DNA of 63,400 nt, filler included, from Collodictyon triciliatum (lineage: Eukaryota): assembly GCA_043381765.1 (NCBI GenBank). It is 8 parts of 8 records of this genome, joined end to end, with 100 filler letters (N's around TTAATTAATTAA, not from the genome) between each part and the next. Parts side by side here need not be neighbours in the genome. Positions count along the whole stretch, not along the records: positions 24,739 to 36,967 come from JBHJMP010002213.1; positions 37,068 to 42,670 come from JBHJMP010002214.1; positions 42,771 to 49,235 come from JBHJMP010002215.1; 5 more parts are not named here. One strand, given 5' to 3'. The notes under the pieces were generated by a model. That model was not told the origin of the DNA. It saw only the letters and a program-made list of their open reading frames with translations, and made no database searches. The translations under genes were made by a program, and so were the position numbers. Shown piece by piece: positions 32,111-43,284 of the stretch (its first letter is position 1; every line of letters begins with the position of its first letter).

Positions 32111-32707
32111 TCAGTTTTCAAGATGGAAGATGTCGCCCTGCTGGGTCTGTTCGGACGTGCTCATGTCGTCATTGTCATTGTCATTGTCATTGTCATTGTC
32201 ATTGTCATTGTCATTGTCATTGTCATTGTGTTCGTCATCGCCCGGCCGGGACTCGGCGGCAGCCTTTGCACGAGGCGGATGTTCACGGGCCTTTGCATGC
32301 GACTGCGATTCATCGAGGCGGACCTGTGCGGCCGGGGGCGAAGCGGCATCGCCGTCTGCGGCAGACTCCTCCGCGACAATCCGCTCGTCTGGGTCGTCTG
32401 CGTCTTCTGCGTCGTCATCGTGTGCGGCAGACTCGCGCCGGTGGCCGGAAATCAGGCGGACCACGTCTGCGGCCGGGGCGCCGTTGGGCGTGTTGTGCGG
32501 CGCACTCAGCGGCGACCGTGCGTACGGCGAATTGCGCAGCTGCAGCAGCTCTGCCCGCGAATACACGTGGCGGGTGCCGCCCGGGGTGACTGCGTACAGC
32601 GTGCCGCCCAGCGAGGCCGAGACGTTTGCCGGCAGCGGCTCCTGCGTCTGCGGATCGCGGCCCTGCAGCCGGGTCGAGATGGCTGCGCTCGGCGTTGCTT
32701 GGCTCAT
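32111..32707 (-). CDS. EIF4EBP: eIF4E-binding protein (4E-BP family)
   Basis: SLGGTLYAVTPGGTRHVYSRAELLQLRNSPYARSP parallels 4E-BP [35 protein letters not shown], including the YxxxxLphi motif. The C-terminal FHLEN* resembles the TOS motif FEMDI. Confidence 0.88.
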   Translation of the reverse strand: MSQATPSAAISTRLQGRDPQTQEPLPANVSASLGGTLYAVTPGGTRHVYSRAELLQLRNSPYARSPLSAPHNTPNGAPAADVVRLISGHRRESAAHDDDAEDADDPDERIVAEESAADGDAASPPAAQVRLDESQSHAKAREHPPRAKAAAESRPGDDEHNDNDNDNDNDNDNDNDNDNDDMSTSEQTQQGDIFHLEN

Positions 32708-33264
32708 CGGCTCTGCGTGTCGCTTCTGGGTGAGTGGCTGGCGTGGCTCTTGCTTTGCGTGGCTTTGCAGGCGCTTTTCCTTTTCGCTTTTCGTTTTCTT
32801 TTTTCTTATTTGTCTGATCAATGGGTTGTATTCCCTTTTTGATTCTTCGTCTTGCTTCAGGAGAGAGAGCTTCCTTCTTTTCTTTCTTTTCTTTCCTTTC
32901 TTTCTCTTTCTTTTTTCTGTGATGCTGCCTGCTTGGAGCGCGATCCGGTGTGATCAGCAGGATTTCAAAGGCGGCGTGAGATTAATCAGATCTGGATTGT
33001 TGATCGGATGCGTGCGAAAGGAAACACCGTTTCAAAACGCGTTTTTTCGCTGGAATTACTCGATGTGGAATGGCTGCTTCTGCTGTGTATGTTTTAATGT
33101 GCTTTGTGTGCGCGAAGAGGGAAGAAGCGGCTGGCGAGGGAAAAAAAGGCAAGGAAACGAAAGGAATGGCCGTAAGGGAATGACAGCTTCCAAGAGACAG
33201 CGGATGCGAGAGGGAAAAAAAACAGAGAGGGGGGAGAGAGGGAGGAAGGGAGAGGGAGGTTGGA

Positions 33265-34749
33265 TTACATGGGTGACTCGGCAAACATCCCAAACTGCCG
33301 CGACGGGATTGGGTTTTGTGTGTGCGAAAGCGGGGCAGACGAGGCGTTGGTCGTGCCTTTTGGTGCCTCTGCGCCTCCATCTGTAAAGTCGATGGCCTCG
33401 CTCTCATCCGAGTAATAGGCCGCGGGGAAGGCATTTCCAGGCCGCAAGTTCTGGCGAAGACCCTCCTGGATTTCGTACTCGTGGACGCCGACGGTGAAGT
33501 TGACATGTCTATGGGAAAGGTGTTACACGCAGCACGCAACACAAATATACCACTCGCAAATCTACCCAGATACACACTCATCATTTCGTCGTTGTTTTCT
33601 CTAGTTTCTAGAAATCATGGCCGAATACTTTACCTGGACTCGTCGGCCAAGATTGGGGCTTTTGAAGACGGTGGCCTCTGGCTGGGCACAAGCTTCGTTT
33701 TCAATGCCCCTTTCTTTGGCTCCTTCTTCAAAAGGTCTGAAATCGGTTGCGGAAAGCTGATAAGTGGGTACACATACTCGCCGTCATCCCAAACCCCCTC
33801 GAATTCGTCCATCTCCTCTGCAAAGTTATCGTAATCGAAAGAAGCATCCTGGTCGTGTGAAAAAAGACAGAAAAAAATGAAGGTAATCATTTTTAATATT
33901 TTACTTTGGAGGAAAAAAATATAATAAAAAACAATATATTCAAAGAAATATTACGCTGGTGATTTCAATTTCTTCCGACTCGTCGCTCCCCCAGGATAGC
34001 GTCGATGAATGTTGCATGGACCCTGTTTCGATAAACAAAGTAAGACTCTTTAATTCGATGTCTTTTGATGACGTGGGTTAATTATCCTGAAATCGTCCAA
34101 TCCCCTGGGGTGGTTCAAAAAAAAGCAAGAAAAGCAAGAAAAGCAAGAAAAGCAAGAAAAGCAAGAAAAGCAAGAAAAGCAAGAAAAGCAAGAAAAGCAA
34201 GAAAAGCAAGAAAAGCAAAAACAGAAACAAAAGAACATGTCTTTAATCATCCACAGCCATTATTTTACAAAGAGTATATAAAAAAAGTGCTACCGTTTGC
34301 CTGAGTCGGGGGTATTTGCCAAGATGCGTCGAGCTGCTCCTCCAATTCAACACGGCGCCGCAAATCTTCAATGTCAGCCATGAAAGAGTCGCTTGCACCA
34401 TCGAGTCCAAATTCTTCTTCGAATGAGAAATCAGCATTTGTTGCTGGGATAAATAACGAGGGTTTAAGACTGAATGTTAGGCATTCCAAAATAAATATTG
34501 AATTCATAAAATATTTTTAATATATAGATGAAATTTGAATCCAAATCTGGTACCACAAGTGAGGGTATTGTTGTATATATAAATTTGATAACCATATTAA
34601 TTATAATGAACCTCTCTCCGGATCAAATCCAGTAAGGTCTTCTTTCTGAAGCCTCTCCACAATGCGGTTTGTGGCCTCTTGTGCAGACGATGCGCGATGA
34701 GACTCCTCCTGCAGTCTTGATATTTGGGCGATGAATATTATTTTTTTTA

Positions 34750-34784
<35 letters not shown>

Positions 34785-36389
34785 CATCAACACTTGCACT
34801 ATCAAATCTTCACATTGATGAATATCAAAATCGACTATGCATATTATCATTAATCCCGGCACTTTTGTGAATCCAAATATTTCTTTATATAGTGTGTCAT
34901 ATGATGCGGTATGGCGACTGTAATTAATATTTTTGATCCATTATGAAAAGAACCGAACTTTTGTTTCAAGACAGCGATTTCATCCTGCAGTTTCTGCCTT
35001 GATTCCTCTAATAGTTTCTTGATTCTCGAATTATCGTGGATAGATGTCCCTTGCTTAGAGTTGCCCGCGTCAGGTTGTGAGGCTGAACTAGGCTCTGAGG
35101 TGCTAGCGTCTGAAAGGGATTTCCCATTTGCAGCTGCATTTATCGCATGTGGCTGTAGTCTAGCAAGAAAATTGGCGATGGAGGGCATTTCAGGTTTGGG
35201 CGATTCTGAATGTCCTTCTGAGGCGGGTAGTTTTGAGCCTGGTGATGTGCCTGTCCCGTTTCTGGAGGGTGGCGCGCCAGACCTTATGTGGTCCCATATT
35301 TTCCGCAGTTCGTGATACAACTGCCCTTGAAGCCAGTCGACCTCGTGCTTTAGTCTAAGACAAGCAAACGAGATTAACAATATGTCTTTTCACAGAAAAT
35401 GAGTTCCAACAACACTATTGGGTTAGAAAAATTTTTGACAAACTTTTGCACAATATCCTCAGCCTCTCGCGCTCGTTTGCTTTCGTCTTCTATTCGCCCT
35501 TTCAGCTGAGTGAATTCATCCATCATCCTGCAAATATGTGGGAAAAAATTATGATTCATTTAGAAATAGAGTATTATGATTCAAACTGAAGAATTTTTTT
35601 TTTTTTTTTTACAGCGCGAAAGAGAAAAAATTCTGTTTCTGTTTCTGTTTCTTTCTGCTTCTTTTTCGTTTCTCAATTTCATCGTGAAAAAAATGCGTAT
35701 GAAGAAGGCAGAAAGAGACAAAGAACAAATGGTCGCTCGAGAAACCTTTCTTTGTGCTGTTCAAGTTCCACTTTGAATTGACTCTGAATAATCTTGAGAT
35801 CATCCACAGTTCTGGCCTCTTTAGAAATCTACACGACGGATTCCAAGCAATACAAGATTACTTGATATGATAAACTTGAATGTCTTCAACACAGAATCTT
35901 GATGAGTATGAGTTTGGAAAATCCACACAAGTCGTTCCAGACATGCAACTATGTCCATTTGCATCACCTTTGCACCCCACCACTCAAGCTCTTCCTTGAT
36001 CATCTTGCGGCTGTGCGAAATGTCTTGCTGAAGCTCCTTGCGCAGGCTTTCCACTGGCGGGTGAGAGGCCTTTACGCCTGGCAACGCCTCATCGACCAGT
36101 GACCTGATTGCAGCATCGCACAGTATTATACCAAACAACTCCGCATTCTTTAATCTGGTCGCTAAACGAGACTTGAAACAAACCCCACAGGTGCGCTGCT
36201 GCCATCCGCACGGTGGCCATAATCATCGCTCTGCAGGGCTTTGTTCAGCTGCTCAATCAACTCCTCTGCACCGCCAACCACCCGGTTCTCTGCGACGGAG
36301 TGTTCTGTCGAATCGTCACTCTCTTCTGCAGGCGGTCGAGCTTGTGAGGATGCCGCAAAAGGGATGAGCACAGTTAGTGATGAGTGCAT
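33265..36389 (-). CDS. Multi-exon coiled-coil/acidic protein, candidate PP1-interacting protein
   Basis: Chain of phase-compatible exons (ORFs 36162, 35821, 35374, 34850, 34265, 33630, 33265). C-terminal KGALK...RHVNFTVGVHEY. Start codon uncertain. Confidence 0.6.
34121..34218 (+). repeat. (AAAAGCAAG)n 9-bp tandem repeat
   Basis: Directly visible, intronic. Confidence 0.95.
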
Positions 36390-36894
36390 AGCTTTTCTTG
36401 TGGTGATTCAGACAATATCAGCCCTTCTGATTGTTTCTTCTTTCTTCTTTGTTTTTGAAGTAGCCGAGAAGGTTGAAATAAAAAAAATAGCAAGAGCGGG
36501 CTACTTTGATGTGGATCGCTTCCTGTGTTCGTGGGCAGGCTTGGTGGCGGTCTTATCCCGACAACGCGGACAGAGGAGGCCGATAAGATCGACGCTGATG
36601 TTTGATGTTGGCCCTGTGCAGACGAAGCGAAAGGCGGTTGGCGGGCGGGAGAGGCAAAGTTCTGTGCAGAGTTGAATCCGCTGAAGCCTCCGGTTGGAAC
36701 GTGCGGGCCGCTGAGTTGGGTCGGTGTTGAGGAGCGATTCATCCTGCAAACGGACTGTTTTCTTGGGCTATTAATACCACTCTTGTTCTTTTTTGTTTTT
36801 TTGTTTTTTGCTTTCCTTGTTTTTGTTTTTTTGTTTTTTGCTTTCCTTGTTTTTGTTTTTTTGTTTTTTTGTTTTTTGTTTTTTTTTGTTTTTT

Positions 36895-36967
<73 letters not shown>

Positions 36968-37099
36968 NNNNNNNNNNNNNNNNNNNNNNNNNNNNNNNNN
37001 NNNNNNNNNNNTTAATTAATTAANNNNNNNNNNNNNNNNNNNNNNNNNNNNNNNNNNNNNNNNNNNNTTTTTTCTTTGTTTTTTTTTCTTTGTTTTTTT

Positions 37100-38012
37100 C
37101 CTAACTAAAAAGAACAAGCAGAAGATCCAACAAATGAGCCCTCGGATCATATTAAAAATCAGGTCTTTTTGTCATTTTTATACATCCAACTCGATATATC
37201 CAACCTTATGGTCTACTTAATTTTTAAAAATTTTGTAGAATGAAAACAACTATGAATGTAAGACACCGCTCACGTTCGATCGACCTTTATCGGTTACTCT
37301 GTCAGATATCCAAAAAATATTCCGGTAATTTCTTGTTTTTATTTTGGTTATGGCTATGGTTTTAACACCCATTCATGTCATCACTCAGCCATATTTGTAA
37401 ATATCTCTTAAATCAAAGGAAGGAAGATACTGTAACAAAAGCCTCTCATATCTGTGTTGGAGATTTTTGGTCTGCGGTTAGTTGAATCATTTAAATGGTC
37501 AGAGAAAGTACACCTATCTGTACAGATTTTCACTGGTGATATTGAACCAAATTGTGAAAAGTGTAGCCAAGATTCTTGACAAAGACAACTTCTCCAAAGC
37601 TATTACTATTCATGTGTTTCTGTATTTATTTAATAATCTCAGGGACCATCCTACATTTGCCGTGCACCAGATTTGGTCCTTAAAATTCTCACTGTCCTTC
37701 GCTGCCTCCGTTATGTGCGTTTTGTTTCATCAGAAACATTCTATTGATATGCCTGTGCCATCCCAAATGTATATTTGATTAAGGATATTATAATACCATG
37801 CAACTAGGAGTGGAAATGTTCAAATCCCTATGAAATCTGGTGTCAAAAAGTTCAGCGTAAAGAAGGGACTTTTGCAATCAAAGTATGTATCAAGATTTTC
37901 AAGACTTGCGACCGACATCTTTTGGTCAGTGCCCGAAGAATATCAGGCCCACACATGTATTTCATGGATGTGGTCTCAGAATTCCTTACTATCCTTTCGA
38001 ATTGACGGCTGA
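37100..38012 (+). CDS. Possible fragment of a multi-exon hypothetical gene
   Basis: Several AG...GT-bounded open segments (e.g. NENNYECKTPLTFDRPLSVTLSDIQKIF at ~37239-37324). Frames are not resolvable. Confidence 0.25.
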
Positions 38013-39280
38013 ACTACAGATATGTTGAATCTCTGAACTCTGAAATTTCTATGATTTATTTCCCCTTTTTTTTTTCTCAATTGTTTGCCTCTTTTTTTTT
38101 CTTTTTTAATTTTCCTTTCTGCGACTTCAAAAAGCAACGTGAACTATTGTTTGTATTGGGCAGTCGTAATTACGTAGATGTCGAGTAACTATTACTCGCT
38201 TTATGTAAGACCATGCAATATATGCGAAAAATATGTTAACGCGCAATTGAAATATGATACCAAAAGCATATGTTTAGTATGCAGCTGAATATAGACCAAA
38301 TGATAATAAAGAATGATAAATACCAACATAAGTTGGTGGGCTTTTCCTTCTTGTCGACCTTTTTGAGGATAAATGAAGATATGGTGTTGGTTGGTCGCCG
38401 AAACGAAAGTATTCCGCAAAGCATTATGTAAGGAGACAAAAGGGTGGAAATAATGAGAACATGGAGAGCATTACAGCCCCACCCATTATCAATGCAGCAG
38501 CCGCAGAAAAGAATGTTATGAGACTTGTATTATGAGCCAAAGAGCTAGGTCCGAGCAAATACCATACAGGAAATGACATGCAGAGTGAAACGAAGGGAGT
38601 CATTAATGATGGTTCATAGATTTACATTCAGTCTTGATTTTACCCGCAAGTTTCAACATCCACCATCCATCATACACCATCAAAACTCTATCAGCCGGTT
38701 AACCAGTCAACCAACATAGACGACAGCAACTTATTCCTGTATATCTTCGAATTGCTTTATTTACGTGACAGTTCGCCTTAGCGCTGTGCCTGGTCTCTAT
38801 CATTCGACCATACACCAATTCCTGTAAGCCTCAGCCTCCAAAGTTCGAAAGAAATAAAAGACAGATAAAAAAAAAAGTATCCCTTCACCGCATGTAAACA
38901 GATGTGGGCTTGATACATTTTCTCTTGGTAGTGGTACAAACAATTACTATTATTTTTTTATATATATGTGTTGGGACTGATGGACTGTTTCGAGTATCAA
39001 TCAGTGAGCCGAAAACGTCAAGAGAAGTGAACCCCACAAACTCCGCAAGAAAGGGACGCACCACCGCGGGGCTTCCTGGTGATATATCACGAAATGACAC
39101 TTTTCTTACCCCACACCACACAGGCGGGCTGTTGACCGAAAGAAAAACACAAATAATGATAATATTAATAAACACAAGAAGTCGGAGGAGAGCTTTCCAC
39201 AAACCTTTGCCATCGATCTGTGAAACACTCACCGAAACTCTCACTCTTAGGAACCAGGAAGCAGGAAGCAGCTCAGCACC

Positions 39281-41414
39281 ATGTCACAGAAGGGTGAGAA
39301 GATTGATGTCCTTGATACTAACTCAGCTGCGATCACCCCACCAAAGTCTCTTGCCTTGGACGACGCAAAGCTGACAAGCTATCTCCGTGAAACAAATATC
39401 ATCGCTGTTGGAGACTCGCTGCTCGTGAAAAAGTTTGGGTTTGGGTAAGTGGTAGGCAGATATTATCCCGGCGCTGTTTTGCCTTCAAACTGATAATATA
39501 TGTTCTCACAAACAGGCAGAGCAACCCGACATATCTCCTGGAGGTTAGGTATTACCTTTGCTCACGTATAATCAAGTCACCCGACCAAACTTTCTCTCAT
39601 TTTGATTTGAATCGTTTTAAAATAAAAGTGTGATAATTAAAGAGGGAGGGAGAGAGGAAAAAAGACAAAGAAATGTATGACCCTAACTCTGTTTGATTAT
39701 TAAACCATCATGACCTACATAAGCAACGGGGGAAAGCTTGTGCTTCGAAAGAAGCCACCAGGAAAACTTGTCGCCACTGCTCATGATGTTGAACGAGAGT
39801 TTCGATTGTTGAGCGGACTTTATGGAACCAAAGTTCCAGTTCCACGCCCGCTTCTCTTTTGCAAAGACGCTCAAATCCTCGGGACAGACTTTTATGTGAT
39901 GCAACACATGAGCGGACGAGTATTCACAGACCCCACCTTACCGCAGATTCCTGTTTCTCAGCGAATGGGGATTTATTACTCGTTGATACACACACTGGCC
40001 CATATCCACCAAGTGGACATTAAATCCAACCAGCAACTGGCTTCTTTGGGTCGAAACGGCGGTTTCTTTTCTCGTCAGATCGAACGAATGGTCAAAACAT
40101 CCAAAGCCAGCGAAGGCCCAAAAGTCGAGCCTCTTCCTCATTTAGAAGCCATCGCAAATTGGCTGCGCCTGAATATGCCCCCGGACGAAGTAACTTTGAT
40201 GCACGGTGATTATAAATTGGACAATGTCGTAAGTTTATTATCAGTATTGGTATTTTCTCTGAATTCATCATTTTTATAATAAAAATAGAAATGATGATAA
40301 TAATCACATTGTTCCCTCTTTTTTTCTTTTCTTTTTTTGCTCCGTTCTTGTTTTATGTTTTACTAAATGTATCGCATACCAGGGTAATATGAATATATAT
40401 TTAGTTGAATTATTTTTATTTAGATATTCCATCCGTCTGAAACTCAAGCGATTGCTGTCGTTGATTGGGAGCTATCCACCATCGGGTAAGTATGAAAGGG
40501 AATAATTATATACATAAAAAAAGGATGATTACGAGAATATGGTAGTCGCTGTATTAAAAAAAAATTATAAGGAAGGGAGGAGGAATACGTAGTTATCAAG
40601 AATGCGTTTTTTTCATTAGCCACCCGCTTGCTGACCTTGCCAATATGTGCGGAGCCTATTCTCTTCCCTATGATGAAAACAGTGTTTTCAAGGGGCTGTC
40701 TGTAAGTGAATGAATACGAGGGCTTTGGTTGTCAAACTATTATTGATCAAGATGGTGTGCTCAGAAAAATAGAAAGAAACTATGCAGGTCTCATTTTAAC
40801 CCCAGCTATTGAATTCTGATATAGGGATATAACTGTAGAGAAAATGGAATTCCAGATGAGAGTGAATGCCTGAAAGAGTACTGCCGAGTAACAGGGAGGC
40901 CTTACCCGATTTTTTCGTGGCCCTTTTGCAAAGTTTTCCATGCATTCAAGGTTTCTTTACATATGATATCATTTTGGATATGTGGAAGAAGAAAAAAAAG
41001 AAGCGAAGATATGGAATGATATGAAATGTTTTACGTAACGTGAGCACCAAATTCTTTCTTTTGCACTTTGCTAGAAAGTAATAATAAAAAAATATTGTGT
41101 AAATTGATGTAATATTAAGTAGGAAAGCAAAGCGTTTACACCTTTTGATAATGATTTTGTAATGCCACTTTCTTTTTTGTTGGATTTCAGCGAAGTTAAT
41201 CAAGCATGTATTGCATTTCGATGCATATTTCTTATCCTAAATACAATAGAATTCCGTGATTCTTCAGGGGATATCAGCTCGATTGGCAGCGGGAAATGCA
41301 TCGTCTGCGCAGGCTTCAACGTACGCGATGGCAGCCCCACTTTTAGCTCAATGGGCATGGGACCGGATTTTGTCTGTGACAGAGAGGGAATCGAGTCTCA
41401 AGAGCAAGCTATGA
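39281..41414 (+). CDS. Stand-alone aminoglycoside-phosphotransferase-fold kinase (ACAD10/ACAD11 N-terminal-like) with PTS1
   Basis: FGFGQSNPTYLL; VLRKKPPGKLVATAHDVEREFR; VPVPRP; GTDFYVM; HGDYKLDNV|IFHP...AVVDWELSTIG|HPLADLA; ILQGISARLAAGNASSA; ends ...SLKSKL TGA (41412-41414). Confidence 0.9.
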
Positions 41415-41562
41415 TTGGTGACTTTCGAATGCCCAACAGAATAGCTCGAAGAAGAAGAAACCCCCCCCCCCCCCCCCCCCCAATGAAAGCAACAAACCCG
41501 TCGCACAGTTCAAAAAAATAATTGCGTATTACCAGAATAATAGTGGTGGTCCTCGTGATAAT

Positions 41563-41801
41563 TTTTTTTTCCTTTATTCGATTCAAAGTGCAGCGAGGTT
41601 ATGCCATACAAAGGGGCGGGATGGGAGCGCGTGGGAGAGAGCAAACGCGAGTAGGAGAAGACACTACCGTGGAGAGGGTAGCACTGGAAAGAAATCAGTG
41701 ATAGCGAGTTGGTCAGACGGGCGGCCCGACTGGTTGATTGGTTGCGTGGGTAGCAGGGGTTGGATATGCTGTGGGAGATATCACGCGACACATCACCACA
41801 A
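41563..41801 (-). mobile_element. ~240-bp 5'-truncated non-LTR retrotransposon/SINE-like copy (longest member of the family)
   Basis: Ends ...CACTTTGAATCGAATAAAGG(A)8-9. Flanked by a 17-bp direct repeat with 2 mismatches (GTGGTCCTCGTGATAAT 41546-41562; GTGGCCGTCGTGATAAT 41802-41818). GC-richer than its flanks. Confidence 0.8.
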
Positions 41802-42620
41802 GTGGCCGTCGTGATAATGATTACTGCACTGAATATCTAGGACTAAAAAGGGAAAATAAAATGGATTATATGTGGAAATTAATATATTTTTTATTTTATA
41901 GGTAGTAGATCATGCTTTATTTTCCACTAACGCATGTATAATACAATAGAATTGTATATAAGAATGATGTGCAAAAGAATTACGAGAGAAATTCCTGGAT
42001 TTGGAATATCCTGACGCAAAGCCCTCACCAAAGCAATCATTCTAGGGCGAAATGAGGCAGGTTTTCCGACACGTTCACCAAATGAGGCGGAACATAAGTA
42101 GTCCTGATAAGGGATGGATGGTCAGAATTTGGTCGAAACAGGAGACAGTTTCACAGTTTCGACTATAAAAATACTTGCCGTGGCAAATCCTGTTCCTGGA
42201 GATTTCCATAGATTTTCTGCAGTCACAACGTGGCAAAAAACGGACGTGCTTGTCTGAATGGCAGGATGGCCATGCCGTTTTTTATTTTTATTTGTTTTCT
42301 TGGGTTCCTGCAGCCGGATTGCTGTGGAAAGAGAAACGAACCAGAATATGATGCACACCACACATTCTGCAACCAGAAAGTGAGGTTTGACTTCTCCGGG
42401 CAACGCCTTCTTGCTGTATTTCTGCTTTATTTTCCAAGTTACCCGGTCCAATGCGATGATTCATTGGTGCCGGTGGGAGTGTTGATCAGGAAATCAGCCA
42501 GCAACATCTATGAAGAGGTTGTTCGGGCCAACTTGTTGCGCGCTGAGAACAACAAAGAAACGAATCAAGCCACGAAACATCTGAAAAAAAAAGAAAAAAG
42601 ATAAAAAAAGATAAAAAAAG

Positions 42621-42670
<50 letters not shown>

Positions 42671-43284
42671 NNNNNNNNNNNNNNNNNNNNNNNNNNNNNN
42701 NNNNNNNNNNNNNNTTAATTAATTAANNNNNNNNNNNNNNNNNNNNNNNNNNNNNNNNNNNNNNNNNNNNAAAANNNNNNNNNNNNNNNNNNNNNNNNNN
42801 NNNNNNNNNNNNNNNNNNNNNNNNNNNNNNNNNNNNNNNNNNNNNNNNNNNNNNNNNNNNNNNNNNNNNNNNNNNNNNNNAAAGATGAAAAGATAAAAAA
42901 GATGAAAAGATAAAAAAGATGAAAAGATAAAAAAGATGAAAAGATAAAAAAGATGAAAAGATTAAAAAGATGAAAAGATAAAAAAAGATAAAAAAAGATA
43001 AAAAAGACAAAAAAGATGAAAAGATAAAAAAGATGAAAAAGATAAAAAAGATAAAAAAAAAGATAAAGAAGACAAAAAAAGATAAAAAAGATATAAAAAG
43101 ACAAAAAAATTGAAAAAGAAAAAAGAAAAATAGAAAACCAATTGCTGAGCCGGAAAGAGGGAAAGAACGACCACGACTCTAACCGCAGGATTGTAAACCC
43201 CAAAGCAGGGAGAAAAAAAAAAAGGAAGGAAGGAAAGAAAGAAAGAAAGGAAAAAACACACGGGAGAAGGGCGGCGAGAAGAGA

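Noticed and set aside
38200-39250. Possible minus-strand membrane-protein gene; also ORFs at 42122-42604
   Set aside because: No consistent exon chain or recognisable motif could be assembled by eye.
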